This document shows, piece after piece, positions 42,521-55,786 of a stretch of 64,000 bases of DNA. The position numbers were made by a program, and so were the translations under genes. Every line of letters begins with the position of its first letter. Position 1 is the stretch's first letter. Origin of the DNA: Piromyces finnis finn (taxonomy: Eukaryota > Fungi > Neocallimastigomycota). The stretch covers positions 248,001-312,000 of the forward strand of contig MCFH01000057.1 of the NCBI GenBank assembly GCA_002104945.1. Reading direction: 5' to 3'. The notes beneath the pieces are model-generated. The model was not told the DNA's origin. It made no database searches and saw only the letters and a program-made list of their open reading frames with translations.

Positions 42521-45500
42521 ATGGAGAACGAAATCTCTACTTTATCAATACCAGAAGATATTAAAAAAGGGACAATGGAATCACCAACAAATACGATGAA
42601 TGTAAATGAAACAAATACACCAATCCTTCAAGTTGAAGGAAACACAAATAGTAATCACCGTCCGGAAATGGATAATTCTGATATAACAACAGATGTTACA
42701 GAAGAAATAAAAAATGATGATTTAAATAATAGTTATGCCGAAAACGAAAAAGCAGTCAGTACTGGAATCTCAAATACTCTAGATGATTCTAAAAATGAAA
42801 TTAATGAAAATGAAATCAATGAAGATGGAATAAATGATGATACCAATAATGAAGTCAATGAAAATGAAATTAATGAGGATGAAATAAACGATGATACCAA
42901 TAATGAAGTCAATGAAAATGAAATTAATGAAGATGAAATAAATGATGATACCAATAATGAAGTCAATGAAAATGAAATTAATGAAGATGGAATAAATGAT
43001 GATACCAATAATGAAGTCAATGAAAATGAAATTAATGAAGATGGAATAAATGATGATTCTAATTATGACGCTGTTGAAGTCGATAATAATATTAGCGATG
43101 ATTCCAATAACAAAGATAATCTCGCCGATGATGATAAAATTAATGAAAATGAAATCAATGAAAATGAAATTAATGAGAATGAAATCAATGATGATATTAA
43201 TAATGAAATCAATGAAGATGGAATAAATGATGATATCAATAATGAAGTCAATGAAAATGAGATTAATGAGGATGAAATCAATGATGATATTAATAATGAA
43301 ATCAATGAAGATGGAATAAATGATGATACCAATAATGAAGTCAATGAAAATGAAATTAATGTGAATGAAATAAACGATGACATTAATAATGAAGTCAATG
43401 AAAATGAAATTAATAAGGATGAAATAAACGATGACATTAATAATGAAGTCAATGAAAATGAAATTAATGTGAATGAAATAAACGATGACATTAATAATGA
43501 AGTCAGTGAAAACGAAATTAATGAGGATAAAATAAATGATGATACCAATACCAATAATGAAATCAATGAAGATAGAATAAATGATGATATCAATAATGAA
43601 GTCAATGAAAATGAGATTAATGAGGATGAAATCAATGAAAATGAAATAAACGATGTTACTAATAATAATGAAATTAATGAAATAATGGAAAATGAAGTTA
43701 ATAATAATATCAATGATTTTAATAATGAACCTGTTGAAAATGAAATTAATAATAATGCCAGCAATGATTCTAATAATGACTTTGCTAAAATTGTTGATAA
43801 TACTAACAATAACTTCAACAACGAAATTATTGAAAATGAATTTAAGGAGATTTCAAGCAATAATGATAATATTGTTAATGAATTTAAAGAAAACACCAAA
43901 TCATCAAATAGTGGAATTCCAGTAATAAATGTTGAAGGTATGTCAGACGATGAAAATGATGCTATTTATAGTCCAATAGATAATGTTGATACTTCTATGG
44001 ATAGTCCAGCCATCATGAAAGATACCACTGATCCTGTTTCACCAGTCTCTCCAATTAATACAGATTTACCACAAAATCAGAATACTAATCCAAGTTTAAA
44101 TTCTGCAACTAGTACTGCAAGTGAGGCCATATCTAATGCATGGAGTTCTGTTTCTAATTATTTATGGTCTTGGTTTGAACAACCAGCTGAAAATATACCA
44201 GAAAGTATAGAAGAAGAACAATCCCCTACTAGTAATAAAACAAATACCCAATCTGAAACATCTGGTACTAATTATTATACCAGTTTTTTTGGTTCTTTCT
44301 TTAGTCGACCAGCCGCAACAGAAAGTACTACTAATAATACTTCACTTGAGAAGAAGGTCAGTAATAGTAGTCTTTCCTCCTCTCGACTTAGTTTATTAAG
44401 TCAACAAGCTCGTATGAATTCTGTTCAATTTATTGGTCTTGAAGAAAGCGATGAAGATGTCAAGCCAATTATTAATCATGAATTAACTGACTATATTCGA
44501 CCACATTTACCTTTATATCAACGTGAATCACCAAAGTGGGTACTTCGTTATTCCACAACGCAACATGGGATTAGTTTAAATACGCTTTATAAAAATGTTG
44601 AAAATGCTGGCCCACTTATACTTGCTATTCGCGATACCGAAAATAATGTAAATGATCGTATATACAAGTTACAAACAATAATATCATACCTTTTCAATAA
44701 TAATAAATAGATATATTAATAGATTTTTTTTTTTTTTTTCATACTAATATTTCATTTAAATAGGTATTTGGTGCCTATGTTTCAGAAAGTTTCCATGTCA
44801 GTAAAGGATTCTATGGTACAAGAGAATGGTAAATTTTAAATTATTATGAAAATAATAAGAAGAATATAATTTTTGATATTATTTATATATATATATAAAA
44901 GTACTATTATACATTATCTTACCTTGTTTTATTACCTCCTTCTAATTTTAATAATATAAATCATTATATACATATTCTTTTTATTATTATTATTTTTTTT
45001 CTTTCATAGTTTCCTATGGAAATACGTTAAAGGGGGATTAAAAATGTACCCAACCTCAGGATATAATGAATACTTTATTCTTTCTGAATCAGATTATATT
45101 GCTATTGGTGGAGGGTAATTATTATTATTTTTTTTTTTTAATATAAATTTAAATGGGCAATTAAGGAAGAAGAAAAAAAAAAAAAAAAGATTAAAGCTAT
45201 TTAAATAAAAAAATTAGATAATCTATTCTTTATCATTATTCATGATACAGTTAAATATTAATTTTTTTCTTATTTTATGTATATATAATGATATATTATA
45301 GAAATGGTAACTATGGTTTATACATTGATGAAGGTAATTTAAACTTTAATTCTTCTCGAATATTTTAAATAACTAAATTTTTTACTAAAACTTTTTTTTT
45401 TTTTAATAATTAATTCTCTTTTTAGATATACAAAACGGACAATCTTCTGAATGTACAGCCTTCTTTAATGAACCACTCTCCTCTTCGGTTCATTTCCAAA

Positions 45501-45535
45501 TTCTTTCTTTAGAAGTTTGGGCATTTGAAATGTAG
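42521..45535 (+). CDS. OXR1: TLDc-domain oxidation-resistance protein (OXR1-like) with a long N/D/E tandem-repeat N-terminal region
   Basis: Spliced C-terminus WVLRYSTTQHGISLNTLY...LAIRDTENNVFGAYVSESF...FYGTRECFLWK...DYIAIGGG-NYGLYIDEDIQNGQSSECTAFFNEPL...LEVWAF is a TLDc domain. First exon 42521-44647. Confidence 0.88.
42790..43700 (+). repeat. Coding tandem repeat, unit about 54 nt (NEVNENEINEDEINDDTN) plus 15-nt INENE sub-repeats
   Basis: Directly visible in the DNA (aatgaagtcaatgaaaatgaaattaatga...) and in ORF 42521-44710. Confidence 0.95.
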
Positions 45536-46080
45536 ATTAGATTTAAATTTTATTTTTCTTTTCATTGTTTTACAATTTCATTTTTATAATTTTTTATTAG
45601 TAGTATTATTTTTTTATCATTTTTTTTATTAACATTTAAATAGGATATATTTATATAATATGTAATTATAAAAATATATCTATAGTAAGCATAACTTTTT
45701 TTTTCTTTTCAATCAAAATATAAAAAATAGGATAATAATAATTTTAAATCATTTAAAACTATTTATTCCCTAAATTTATTATAATATATATATACATTTT
45801 TTAATACGTTTATACTCATCTTTTCTTTAAAATTTAAATAAAATAAATATATTCAAATATAAAAATTGCATAATAATAATAATAATAATAAATGATGAAT
45901 AAATAGTATTGATAGCTATTAATAATTACACTATATTCTCATTTATTAATTGTTTATTCCATTAAATAAAATAAAAAAAAAAAAAAAAAAAAAAAAAGAG
46001 CCTATTATTATTGCTATATTTATATTTAATATAATATAAAAAAAAAACTAAATTTTTACTATTTATAATTTTATTATAAT

Positions 46081-46637
46081 TTTTTTTTTTTTTTTTTTTT
46101 TTTAACTTCCGAGTGCATTTCTCCCATCGATCAGAGTTAGCTCCAATGGTGGTTCTTAGAGAAACGTTGGCTCATTCCTATTGCTAGGTGGTTGTGACCC
46201 TCCTGGTCTGTCATACTGTTTCTTCAGCTTCGACGCTCACTTAATCCATGTACATTAGATGCATGTCGTTGTACGATATTTCACAACTACAATGCTAAGC
46301 CTCTTATAGTCAATTTGATCACGTGTCAACCGCCCCCCAATGTTTACACTTAAATTGATTAAGGAATATTATGTGTTTTTGGCATAGCCTAAGTCACCAC
46401 TTATTAAGTTCTAATTTGGAATGTACCATGTACACTAGACCCTCTCAGGCCGGCTAGACGAGTGTTATTATCATAGTAGTAAATTAGAAAGTTCATTTAT
46501 ACTTACCTGAATATCATAACCCAACCCATGGCAAACCCAGTGGGAAAATCCACAGGCACTGACATCTGCGGGGTCGAACCAGAAGCCTTATGTATGCTAA
46601 GGAAACGCCTTAACAACCAGGATAAAAACTGGAACGA
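46081..46637 (-). mobile_element. tRNA-related SINE-like non-autonomous retroposon, 557 bp, with poly(A) tail and 14-bp TSD
   Basis: TSD AATTTTATTATAAT at 46067-46080 and 46638-46651. A23 tail (T-run 46081-46103). B-box GGTTCGACCCC (46570-46580) and A-box-like TATCCTGGTTG (46614-46624) in the 5' head on the minus strand. Markedly GC-richer than its flanks, with no ORF. Confidence 0.85.
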
Positions 46638-46859
46638 AATTTTATTATAATAACAAAATATTAGTGTTAATAATAGAGTTGTAGTTGCAGTGTAATAATA
46701 TTAATATTAATATTAGTAGCAATATCAAAATTACTTTATATTTTTAAGTGGTAAAAAGGTAGTACAAATATTAAAAATAATTTGGTAAAAATTATTAAAA
46801 AAAAAAAAAAACTATAAATTTTGTATTACCATAAAATATTATATATAAATTTTCCTTTT

Positions 46860-46976
46860 TAATTTATTTATTTATTCATTTATTTATAAATTTATTATTT
46901 ATTTATTTATTTATTCATTTATTTATAAATTTATTATTTATTTATTCATTTATTTATAAATTTATTATTTATTTGT

Positions 46977-47027
<51 letters not shown>

Positions 47028-47040
47028 TATATTTATATAT

Positions 47041-47079
<39 letters not shown>

Positions 47080-47110
47080 TTTTACATTATTTATTTATTT
47101 ATTTATTTGT

Positions 47111-47157
<47 letters not shown>

Positions 47158-47170
47158 TATATTTATATAT

Positions 47171-47201
<31 letters not shown>

Positions 47202-47214
47202 TATATTTATATAT

Positions 47215-47249
<35 letters not shown>

Positions 47250-47287
47250 GTTAGTTAGTTAGTTAGTTAGTTATTTATTTATTTATT
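46860..47287. repeat. (TTTA)n microsatellite grading into (TTAG)n
   Basis: Direct sequence. Confidence 0.95.
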
Positions 47288-50200
47288 AGTTATAATTATA
47301 ACTTTTTAACATCATCTTTTTCTTTAAAATTAAAGATTTGTTCAAATATAAAACTTTTTTATACTAAAATTCAACATAGTAATACTATCATTTTCAAAAA
47401 TACTATTTTTACTTTTTCATTCTATTCCATAATTAAAAAAAATAATAGAATAATTATTTATTTAATCTTTTGTTTTTTCCTTATATCTAGAAATGTGAAT
47501 TTCTATAATATTTAAAATTATCCTTTTTTTTTAGTTCATTACCTTTATTATTTTAAACGTTTTTGTATTAAAGTAATTGCTTTTAACTATTTATTATAAT
47601 AATTATATTTAATAGTTTCTTTATTCTACCAGAATAGTATTATTATTAATACTAGATATACAAATTCTTCATAGAATTAGTTATGAATAGAATTATGTTT
47701 TTTTTATATGATCTGACTCTAAATTAAATCTAGAAAATTGTTTTACAATACTTTTTCTTTCTTTTATATTATTTATTAGGAAAAGGTGCAAGATAAATTC
47801 TTTTATATTTAAAATGATCATTTTTCCTACTCTCATTTCTTTTCTTTCAACCTTTTTCTTTTTATTCCACTTTTTTTTTAAAAATTCACTTTATTATAAT
47901 TAAAATTTGAAAATTTTTAAAAATAAAAAAAAAATTAATTTTAAAATTTTAAAAAATAAAAATATATTAAAATGATAGTTTTATTTAAATTTCCATATAT
48001 TATAATATACTGTTAATATAAGTAAATTCTATGCATTTTAATTAGTTTTTATTATCATATATAGTGGAATTTACATAAATATATCATACAAATAATACTT
48101 TATGACTATAATAATATCTATGTAAATATTACATTTATTTATGTAAATCAATATTCAAAGGCATGATTAATTCTTTAAACCTATCTATTATGAACGGTAA
48201 AATAAAAGTTACTTAAGCATCCATTATTGAATTTGATATATCTTTATTTATGAACAATTAAAAAAAAAAGTTATCATCATTTATAATATTCTATAATATT
48301 CTAAATTCTTAGTAGGAACAGGTCTTATAATTATTAATATAAGCCACATTAAAATAATAATGATTAAAGCCACATTAGAATACAAATGAATAAAAAAGAA
48401 TTAAGAATGAAATAAAGTTATTAAATTTTATATTAATAATATATTTGACATATTTTTTTTAATATATTTTAAATAAGCCAATTTAATTAAATATTAATTA
48501 ATTAATTTATATACTATTACTATTAAATAAATAAGTAGATGAATAATTAATTAACTAAATAAAATGTTAAAAAAAAGACTAATAAACAAAGGAAATCTTT
48601 ATTTAATTAGTGAATGAATAAATAAATAAATTATTGATAATAATCAAATAAATAGATAAATACAAAATAAATATACTATTAAAATAAGGTAATGCAGCAT
48701 GCAACATGCAATATGTACCAACATCAAGCAAGGTCATAAGTTTTCGTACAATGTATGAAAAATCAATAATTAATATTTGGTCCCTTAGTAATATACTGTT
48801 GAAATTGTTAATATAAACCAAAATGAAATCCATATTGAATTCTTTAGATACAAGTTCTACTATCAAATTTTCTTTAAAATATAGACCCACTGAAAGCATC
48901 ATCCGTAAAGCAAGAGCCTTTTTCAAAGAAAAAGACAACTTGAAATAATATATTATTAATGTATTATCTATATAATAATATTATTAAATAAATTAATTGA
49001 TAATATATTTATTTATTAAAATTGAATTATAAATCAATTTTATTAAGGTTTGAAAATTTATTTGATATTGGAGATATTATTTTAATTAATTTTATTTCAA
49101 AAAAAGTAATGACTCTATTTTAATATAATTATTATATATTGTAATAATATATATAATATATATTTTAATTTTAAAATAATATAAATTATTGTTTCAATTT
49201 TTATTACTTTTCATTTAACCATATATTTAAAATATATTAATTATAAACTTTAAAATTTTAAACAAAAAACGCTTCTTTAAACATTCTTTCCTTATTTGGA
49301 AGTTATCGACTGAATGAACTTTAATTAAAAATATATATTATGACTATAGTGTAATATATTAGTCATTATTTTTTGGTTCATAAAATATTTTTAGTAATAA
49401 ATAAACTATAGTTTATAATATAGTATAGTATACTCATATATTATATAAAAAGATACTGTAGTAGTCTTATAAAAAAAGGTAGGTGGGTGGGTGGGTGTTA
49501 GTATCAATGCTAGTGAAACTGGTAGTAATAACTTGATATAACATGTAAAGATGTAATAAATGAATGATTTTAAAACAAAGATTCTATTGATAATAGCCAT
49601 AATATCACGTCCTTTGACCATATTTTTTGGCATTATTTCTCAGCCAAAATTTTAATTATAAATAATAATTAAAATTGAATTAATTAAATTAAATTATATG
49701 AATTATATTGAAAAGAATGTTTATTATATTATTGAAATGTATTTGTAATATATTGATTGTGTATGATTAATTAGAATATATTTTTGATTTAATTTGATTA
49801 TATTGTAATATATGTATAATATGATTTATGAAATTTCCTAACTAAAAAAGAAAATAAACAAATAAAATAGCCTATATCCTCCTGGAGTAGTGGTAAAAAA
49901 AAGTAGGCATAATAAATTTAAAAAAGTGTCAATGATACTTTATAATAAAAAAAAAAAAAACATTTCTGCATAAAACAGTGAAAGCATAGAATGGAAAGAG
50001 ACCTTTTATATTGTTATTTTATACATAAAACATACTAATTTTTTAATTATTTCATTCCATCGATTAAATATTTTTTTTATTTATTAATTTTATTAATTAG
50101 TATTAATTTAATTATTCTTTTTTTTTGTATTACAATTTTTTAATATTATTTATTATTAAATTTTAAAATAAAAAAAATAAAATTTTATTTTTTATAAAAA

Positions 50201-51526
50201 CTGGTCTTTTTCATTTTTTTAAAAGTTATTTAGGTATAGGATTAATACTTTTTTTACATTATATTTTGTTGTTATTATTATTGTTATTATAAATAATTAA
50301 ATGAATTGTAAATAGAAAACTAAAAAAAAAAAAAAAACTTTTTAAAAGTAGAATAATAATAATAATAATAATAAAATAAATATATTTATAATATTAATAT
50401 ACCTAAAAAGTTTGTTTTTTAAGCCAAATAAAAAACGAATAACTCTCTATGTTTGTTTGTATATAGCATTATTAAAAGGTAAACCTCTAAATATTTATTA
50501 AACTTTACTGAGTGAGAAATATACAAATACAAATGCAAGGGAATTTACAAAATAAAAAAATATATAGATAAAGATAATTGAAAATTTAAAATAAACAAAA
50601 ATGTAAAAATGGCAATTTAAAATTATTATAAACAATAATCAAAGTAATTTTCAGAAAAAAAAAAAAAAAAAAAAGAATTATGAAAATAGGAATGAAAAGA
50701 TAACCTAATGAAAATAGTAAAAAAGTTTTAAAATACACAACAAATAAAGAATGAAAAATTGTTATTTAAAAGGATAATAACATGTTCATTCATACAATTG
50801 TTCTTAATTCAAAATAGGCAAATAAAATACAAATACGAATTTTTAATAAAAAAAACTATAATAGGATAAGCAATTTGCTCTTTCTTTCTTTCTACAAATA
50901 TATATATATTATAATAATAGTTATTACAACAAATAAATAATAAATAATTTTTTATAATTTCATTTATTTATTTATTTATTTCAACTAACACCACCGCCAT
51001 TATTCAACTATAAAATCATTTTGTTTTTTCAATTAAAATTAATTCGTTAAACACATTATTCTACTTTTAGACATATTGATATATTTATTTTTAATTTTAA
51101 ACTAAAAATTATCAACTAACTCATACTATTTTTTTGTATATATATTCTATCTGTATTTGTATATATTTCTTAAATAAATAATAATAAATAAATTAAATTT
51201 TCACATTCATAAAAAAACCAATTCTGGATAAATTTTAAAACCAATAATTAAATTTAAAATTTGATATTCATTATATATTCTACTATCTCTATCTATGTTT
51301 TAAAAGTATCGAAATCATTTTAATTAATTTAAGAAAAAAAAAAAATAGTTTTATAATAATAAAAAAGAAAGAGACATAAAACCAAACTTATACAAATTAT
51401 AAACAAAAAAAAACAATATTATCTTTAATTTTTTTTAAAAGAAAAAGAGTTTTATCTATTTTACCTTTATAAAACTTCTTTATTCGCATTTTTTTTATTT
51501 ACATAATTTTTTTTAAAGTATACATA

Positions 51527-54500
51527 ATGTTAACAACTTCTTTGAATAATAACGTTTCTTCTTCAAATCAAACCAATTCAAAAGAAAGAGATAATAAAAT
51601 GAAAAATAATAAAAGTAAAAATAATATGATAGTTGATAGCAAAGATAATGATGTTTCAATGAAAAATGCCAATTTAACAACTGATAATTCTAATGAATCA
51701 AAGTCTGGCAAAAAAAATAAGGATGCTTCACATTTTTACAACCGTGATAATAGTAACAAAGGTTATAAAAGTAACTATCGTAATAATCAAAACAAACTTA
51801 ATCACAGAAATAGTCACAGCTCTATGACTTCAGATTTTTCTAATAATAATAATAATGGTCGTTTTCATAATAACAGTAGTCGAGGAGGAAATAAAAAAAG
51901 TAAACAAAATTATAATAATTCGGGAAATAATACTAACCCTACTACTAATAATAAAAAGTCTGTAAAAGAAATTAAAGATATTCAAAAAAAATTAAATAAA
52001 AAATTATCAAAGGAAAATACCACTGTGCCACCTTCAACAAATGACAATAACATTGTAATGGATGAAAATAAAGTTCCCTTAACCCTTGATAATTTCGATC
52101 CAACTATTTTAAAAAGTAATGATGATACTGATCCATTTATTAATACTGAGCCAACTAATCTAACTGAAACAGAAAAAACAGAAAATGAAGATGTAGAAAT
52201 GAATACAGAAGAATCTGATTTCCTTAACGGTTTTTCATCTGATAAAATAGAAAATGCAGGGTAAGTATTTTATGATTATAATGAAAAAATATATATATAA
52301 ATGAATAATTTCACCACATCAGTTTATATATAAATGGGAGATATAATCTTGCTAATTTATGAATTAATCAAAAATAACAAATAGTCAATAAGAGTCAATA
52401 AAAATATATAGCAAAAATATGGACAATACCATAGTTGTTTTTACGATACTTTAACATCAATTCATCACTTGTATTCTTCAATTTTTTTTTTTTTATTTAT
52501 TATTATTATTTCAAAAAAGTGCAAACAAAAGGCGAAAAGAATCATTTGATTAATTCTATAAATTAGTTATAAAAATTTAATAAAAACGATATATTAATTT
52601 AAATCATTCATATATTGCAATATAATATTTCTAATAATTTAATTTATGTATTTATTTATTAATATAGTAAAATATTTATTGGTGGTTTGACTTATGAAAC
52701 AACAGATGGTAAGTCTTTTTTATTTTATAACTAAAATAATAATAATTGTCTATTTTATTATTAAAAAAAAAAAAAAAAAAAAAACACCCTACAAAAAATG
52801 ATCAAAAGCGTAGTAAATTAACCTTTTATGTAAAATTAACAATGAAAAAAAAACCCAAATTTTAAATTTTTAAAGTTTTATTTTATATCATTTTAACATT
52901 GTACCAAAAAAAAAATTCAAATTTTGAAACCTTAAAAATTATGAAAAAGACTATTAAAGTTATTAAAAATAAAAATTTTTTAATTTAAATTGATGGTTAG
53001 GTGATACAAAACCACAGTAAAAAATTTAATAATAAAATTAAGGATAGAAAAAAAAAAAAGGAAAAAAAGGTTGGATGAAAAGGAAAAAAAAAAAATAAAA
53101 ATAAAAATAAAAAAAAATATATAAAAAATATGGTGTTTTTCATTAATGGAATAATAGATAATAATGCAATAGTTTTAATAGAAATAGGATTGAAATAAAT
53201 AATCAATATGATTTATATAATAACATTTATTTTTGTTTTTTACATAAATATTATACATATTATATTATATATAATATCCTTTAATTATTATAATAGAAAA
53301 ACTTAGAGAACATTTTGAACAATTTGGTAAAATTACTGAATGTACGGTTATGAAAGATAATAGTGGTTGTTCAAGAGGCTTTGGTTTCATTACTTATGAA
53401 AATCCAGAAGTTTTAGATAAAGTTTTAGAAATGAATCATATTTTGGACGGGAAAACAGTAAATATTATTTAATAAGAAATAAATATATACACTCTATTAA
53501 AGAATAAATTAACTCCTCATATATTTATTAAAAAATAATGATTATAATTATTATTTATATATTATTTATAAATGTTTTAAAGATTGATCCAAAAAGAGCT
53601 ATTCCAAGAGATAGACAAGATAAAACTGAAAAAATTTTTGTTGGTGGTATTCATCCAGATGTCACTGAAGCTGAATTTAAAGCTGCATTTGATTCTTTCG
53701 GTAAAGTAATTGATGCTACTTTAATTACTGCAAAGGATACTGGTAAATCTCGTTGTTTCGGTTTCATCACTTATGAAGATGGTCGAGGAGTTGAAATCGC
53801 TTATGCTAATCGTCATAACATTGTATTAAACGGAAAAAAGGTAACAATGTTAAAACAATAAAACATAGTAATAAAAAAAAAATAGTATTAAGATTTAAAA
53901 ATTGCTAAAGTAACAACAACAAGAATTATAATAATTAACAATAATAATTAAAAATATTTAATCAACACTTTTTATTAGGTTGAAGTTAAATATGCTGCAT
54001 CTAAACCAAAACTTGTTGGAAATGCATTAAATCCAATGATGATTGGAATCAATAGTATGAATATGAGAATACCAATGGGTATTCCAATGGGTATGGGTGT
54101 TATTAATATGCCACCACAACCACCACGCATGCCTCCAATGAAGTTTTCAAAATCTAGTTCTTCTTCTCCAAAGGGTAAACAAGCTCAAAAATATTATCAA
54201 CAAAATATACGTTCCGGTCAGGTTGGTCCAATTCGTAATCAACATAATCATGCTTATCCTCAAGATTTCCAATACTCTCATTACAACTTAAATATGAATA
54301 TGTATACCACTTATAATTATAATCCATATAATAGTACAGGTTACATAGGTTATGATTATGATAATTATAATATGCCACCTATGCCTAGCTATGTTAATCC
54401 ACAACCTTATCCACCAAATGGTAATACTACTTATCCACCTAGTTATGTTAATCGAAATGTAAGCCATTATTCTCAAGGTCATTCCTACGACAGTAATGGA

Positions 54501-54905
54501 AATAATAATCGTAGTAACAGCGGAGTAAATTCATCTAATTATTATCGTAGTGGTAGTCATATCAGTTCAAATGATACTAATAATTCATCATTTAATTCAG
54601 CCATTGCAAATGATAATAATGAGAATATAAATTCAAACTATAATGTCTATAATGGCTACAATATGAATATTTATCCACAAAATAATTATGCTTCCTTTAA
54701 TGGACCCCAAATTTCTCGTATGAATTCAACTAGTAGTTCTTCTTCTTCTACCAGTGGTAATATGAATCATCATCATCATCATAATGGTAATAATCGTAAT
54801 TCTAATGGTAGTATGAATGATGATAATGATGAAATAAATAATCCTTCTATATATATGAGTGTTAGTCCTAGAAATAATCATGGTTATCATCCATACTCTC
54901 GCTAA
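51527..54905 (+). CDS. HRP1: Hrp1/Nab4-like tandem-RRM hnRNP (cleavage factor IB). Exons approximately 51527-52261, 52668-52708, 53298-53457, 53583-53839, 53979-54905
   Basis: RRM1 KIFIGGLTYETT...SRGFGFITY; linker IDPKRAIPRDRQDKTEKIFVGGIHPDV closely resembles yeast Hrp1; N/Y/S-rich tail ends in a PY-NLS (RNNHGYHPYSR*). Confidence 0.9.
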
Positions 54906-55367
54906 ATAAATAAATAATAATAGTAATGAAATAAAGTGATTGTTGTAAGATCCATTCATACTTTTTACACAAAAAAAAAAAAAAAAAAAAAAAAAAAAAG
55001 CAATATAATCTATTTGATATTATCAAAAAAAAACATTCCTAATCTTTTTTTTCGATTATATATATATATATATATATATATTAAATCATTACAACAATTA
55101 TTCATATTATTCATCATTTCAATAGCATGATTTAATTCAAAAAAAAAAAAAAAATTCTTTATAATTTTTAATTTTAATGTTTTCTCTTTTTTTTTTTTTT
55201 TCTTGTTCCACTTTTATATTATTTTTTTTCTTAATTTTTATAAATAATAAAAAATAAAAGTCTTTTAAAAAAAAAAAAATTGTACTTTTTCTAATTCCCC
55301 TTCCTAAGAATTATTCAAGATAAAATTGAAATTTTCCAACCTGTTAATTTATTTACTTATATTTATA

Positions 55368-55398
<31 letters not shown>

Positions 55399-55465
55399 GT
55401 ATAGGATAGTGATTTTTTTCACTTTTAGTTTATTTATTTGTTTATTAGTTACTTAATCATCATTA

Positions 55466-55468
55466 TAC

Positions 55469-55516
<48 letters not shown>

Positions 55517-55555
55517 GTTTATGTTTATGTTTATGTTTATTATTATATTTTATTA
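55466..55555. repeat. (TAT)n/(TATGTT)n microsatellite between HRP1 and ARL1
   Basis: Direct sequence. Confidence 0.9.
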
Positions 55556-55749
55556 TTTTATTATAAAGTTATGAGATGAATTGAAAATGGATTATTCTTC
55601 TTTTAAACTTTTTTTTTTTTTTTTCCATCCCCATTGAAAAATTTATTATGGAACACTCGAGAAAGAATAAATGAATGAATGAATAGATTAAGCTTTTCAG
55701 TTAACCTAAATGCAATGAATACTATCAAAAAAGGAATAGGAATAATAAA

Positions 55750-55786
<37 letters not shown>

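Noticed and set aside
42733-43899. Long antisense ORFs (95 aa and 278 aa) opposite OXR1
   Set aside because: They are shadows of the AAT/GAT/GAA repeat, which lacks stops on the reverse strand.
46515-46540. Telomerase-template-like TAACCCAACCC
   Set aside because: Not a perfect TTAGGG template, no other telomerase RNA features, and it sits within the retroposon.
46499-46580. Possible U1 snRNA gene (starts ATACTTACCTG on the plus strand)
   Set aside because: No stem-loop I GATCAC loop, no stem-loop II ATTGCAC loop and no Sm site at the expected distances. It is better explained as the antisense of a splice donor inside the SINE.
46560-46637. Functional tRNA gene
   Set aside because: Acceptor stem does not pair, variable/T-arm spacing is too short and the anticodon loop is non-canonical. 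It lies inside a TSD-bounded poly(A) element.
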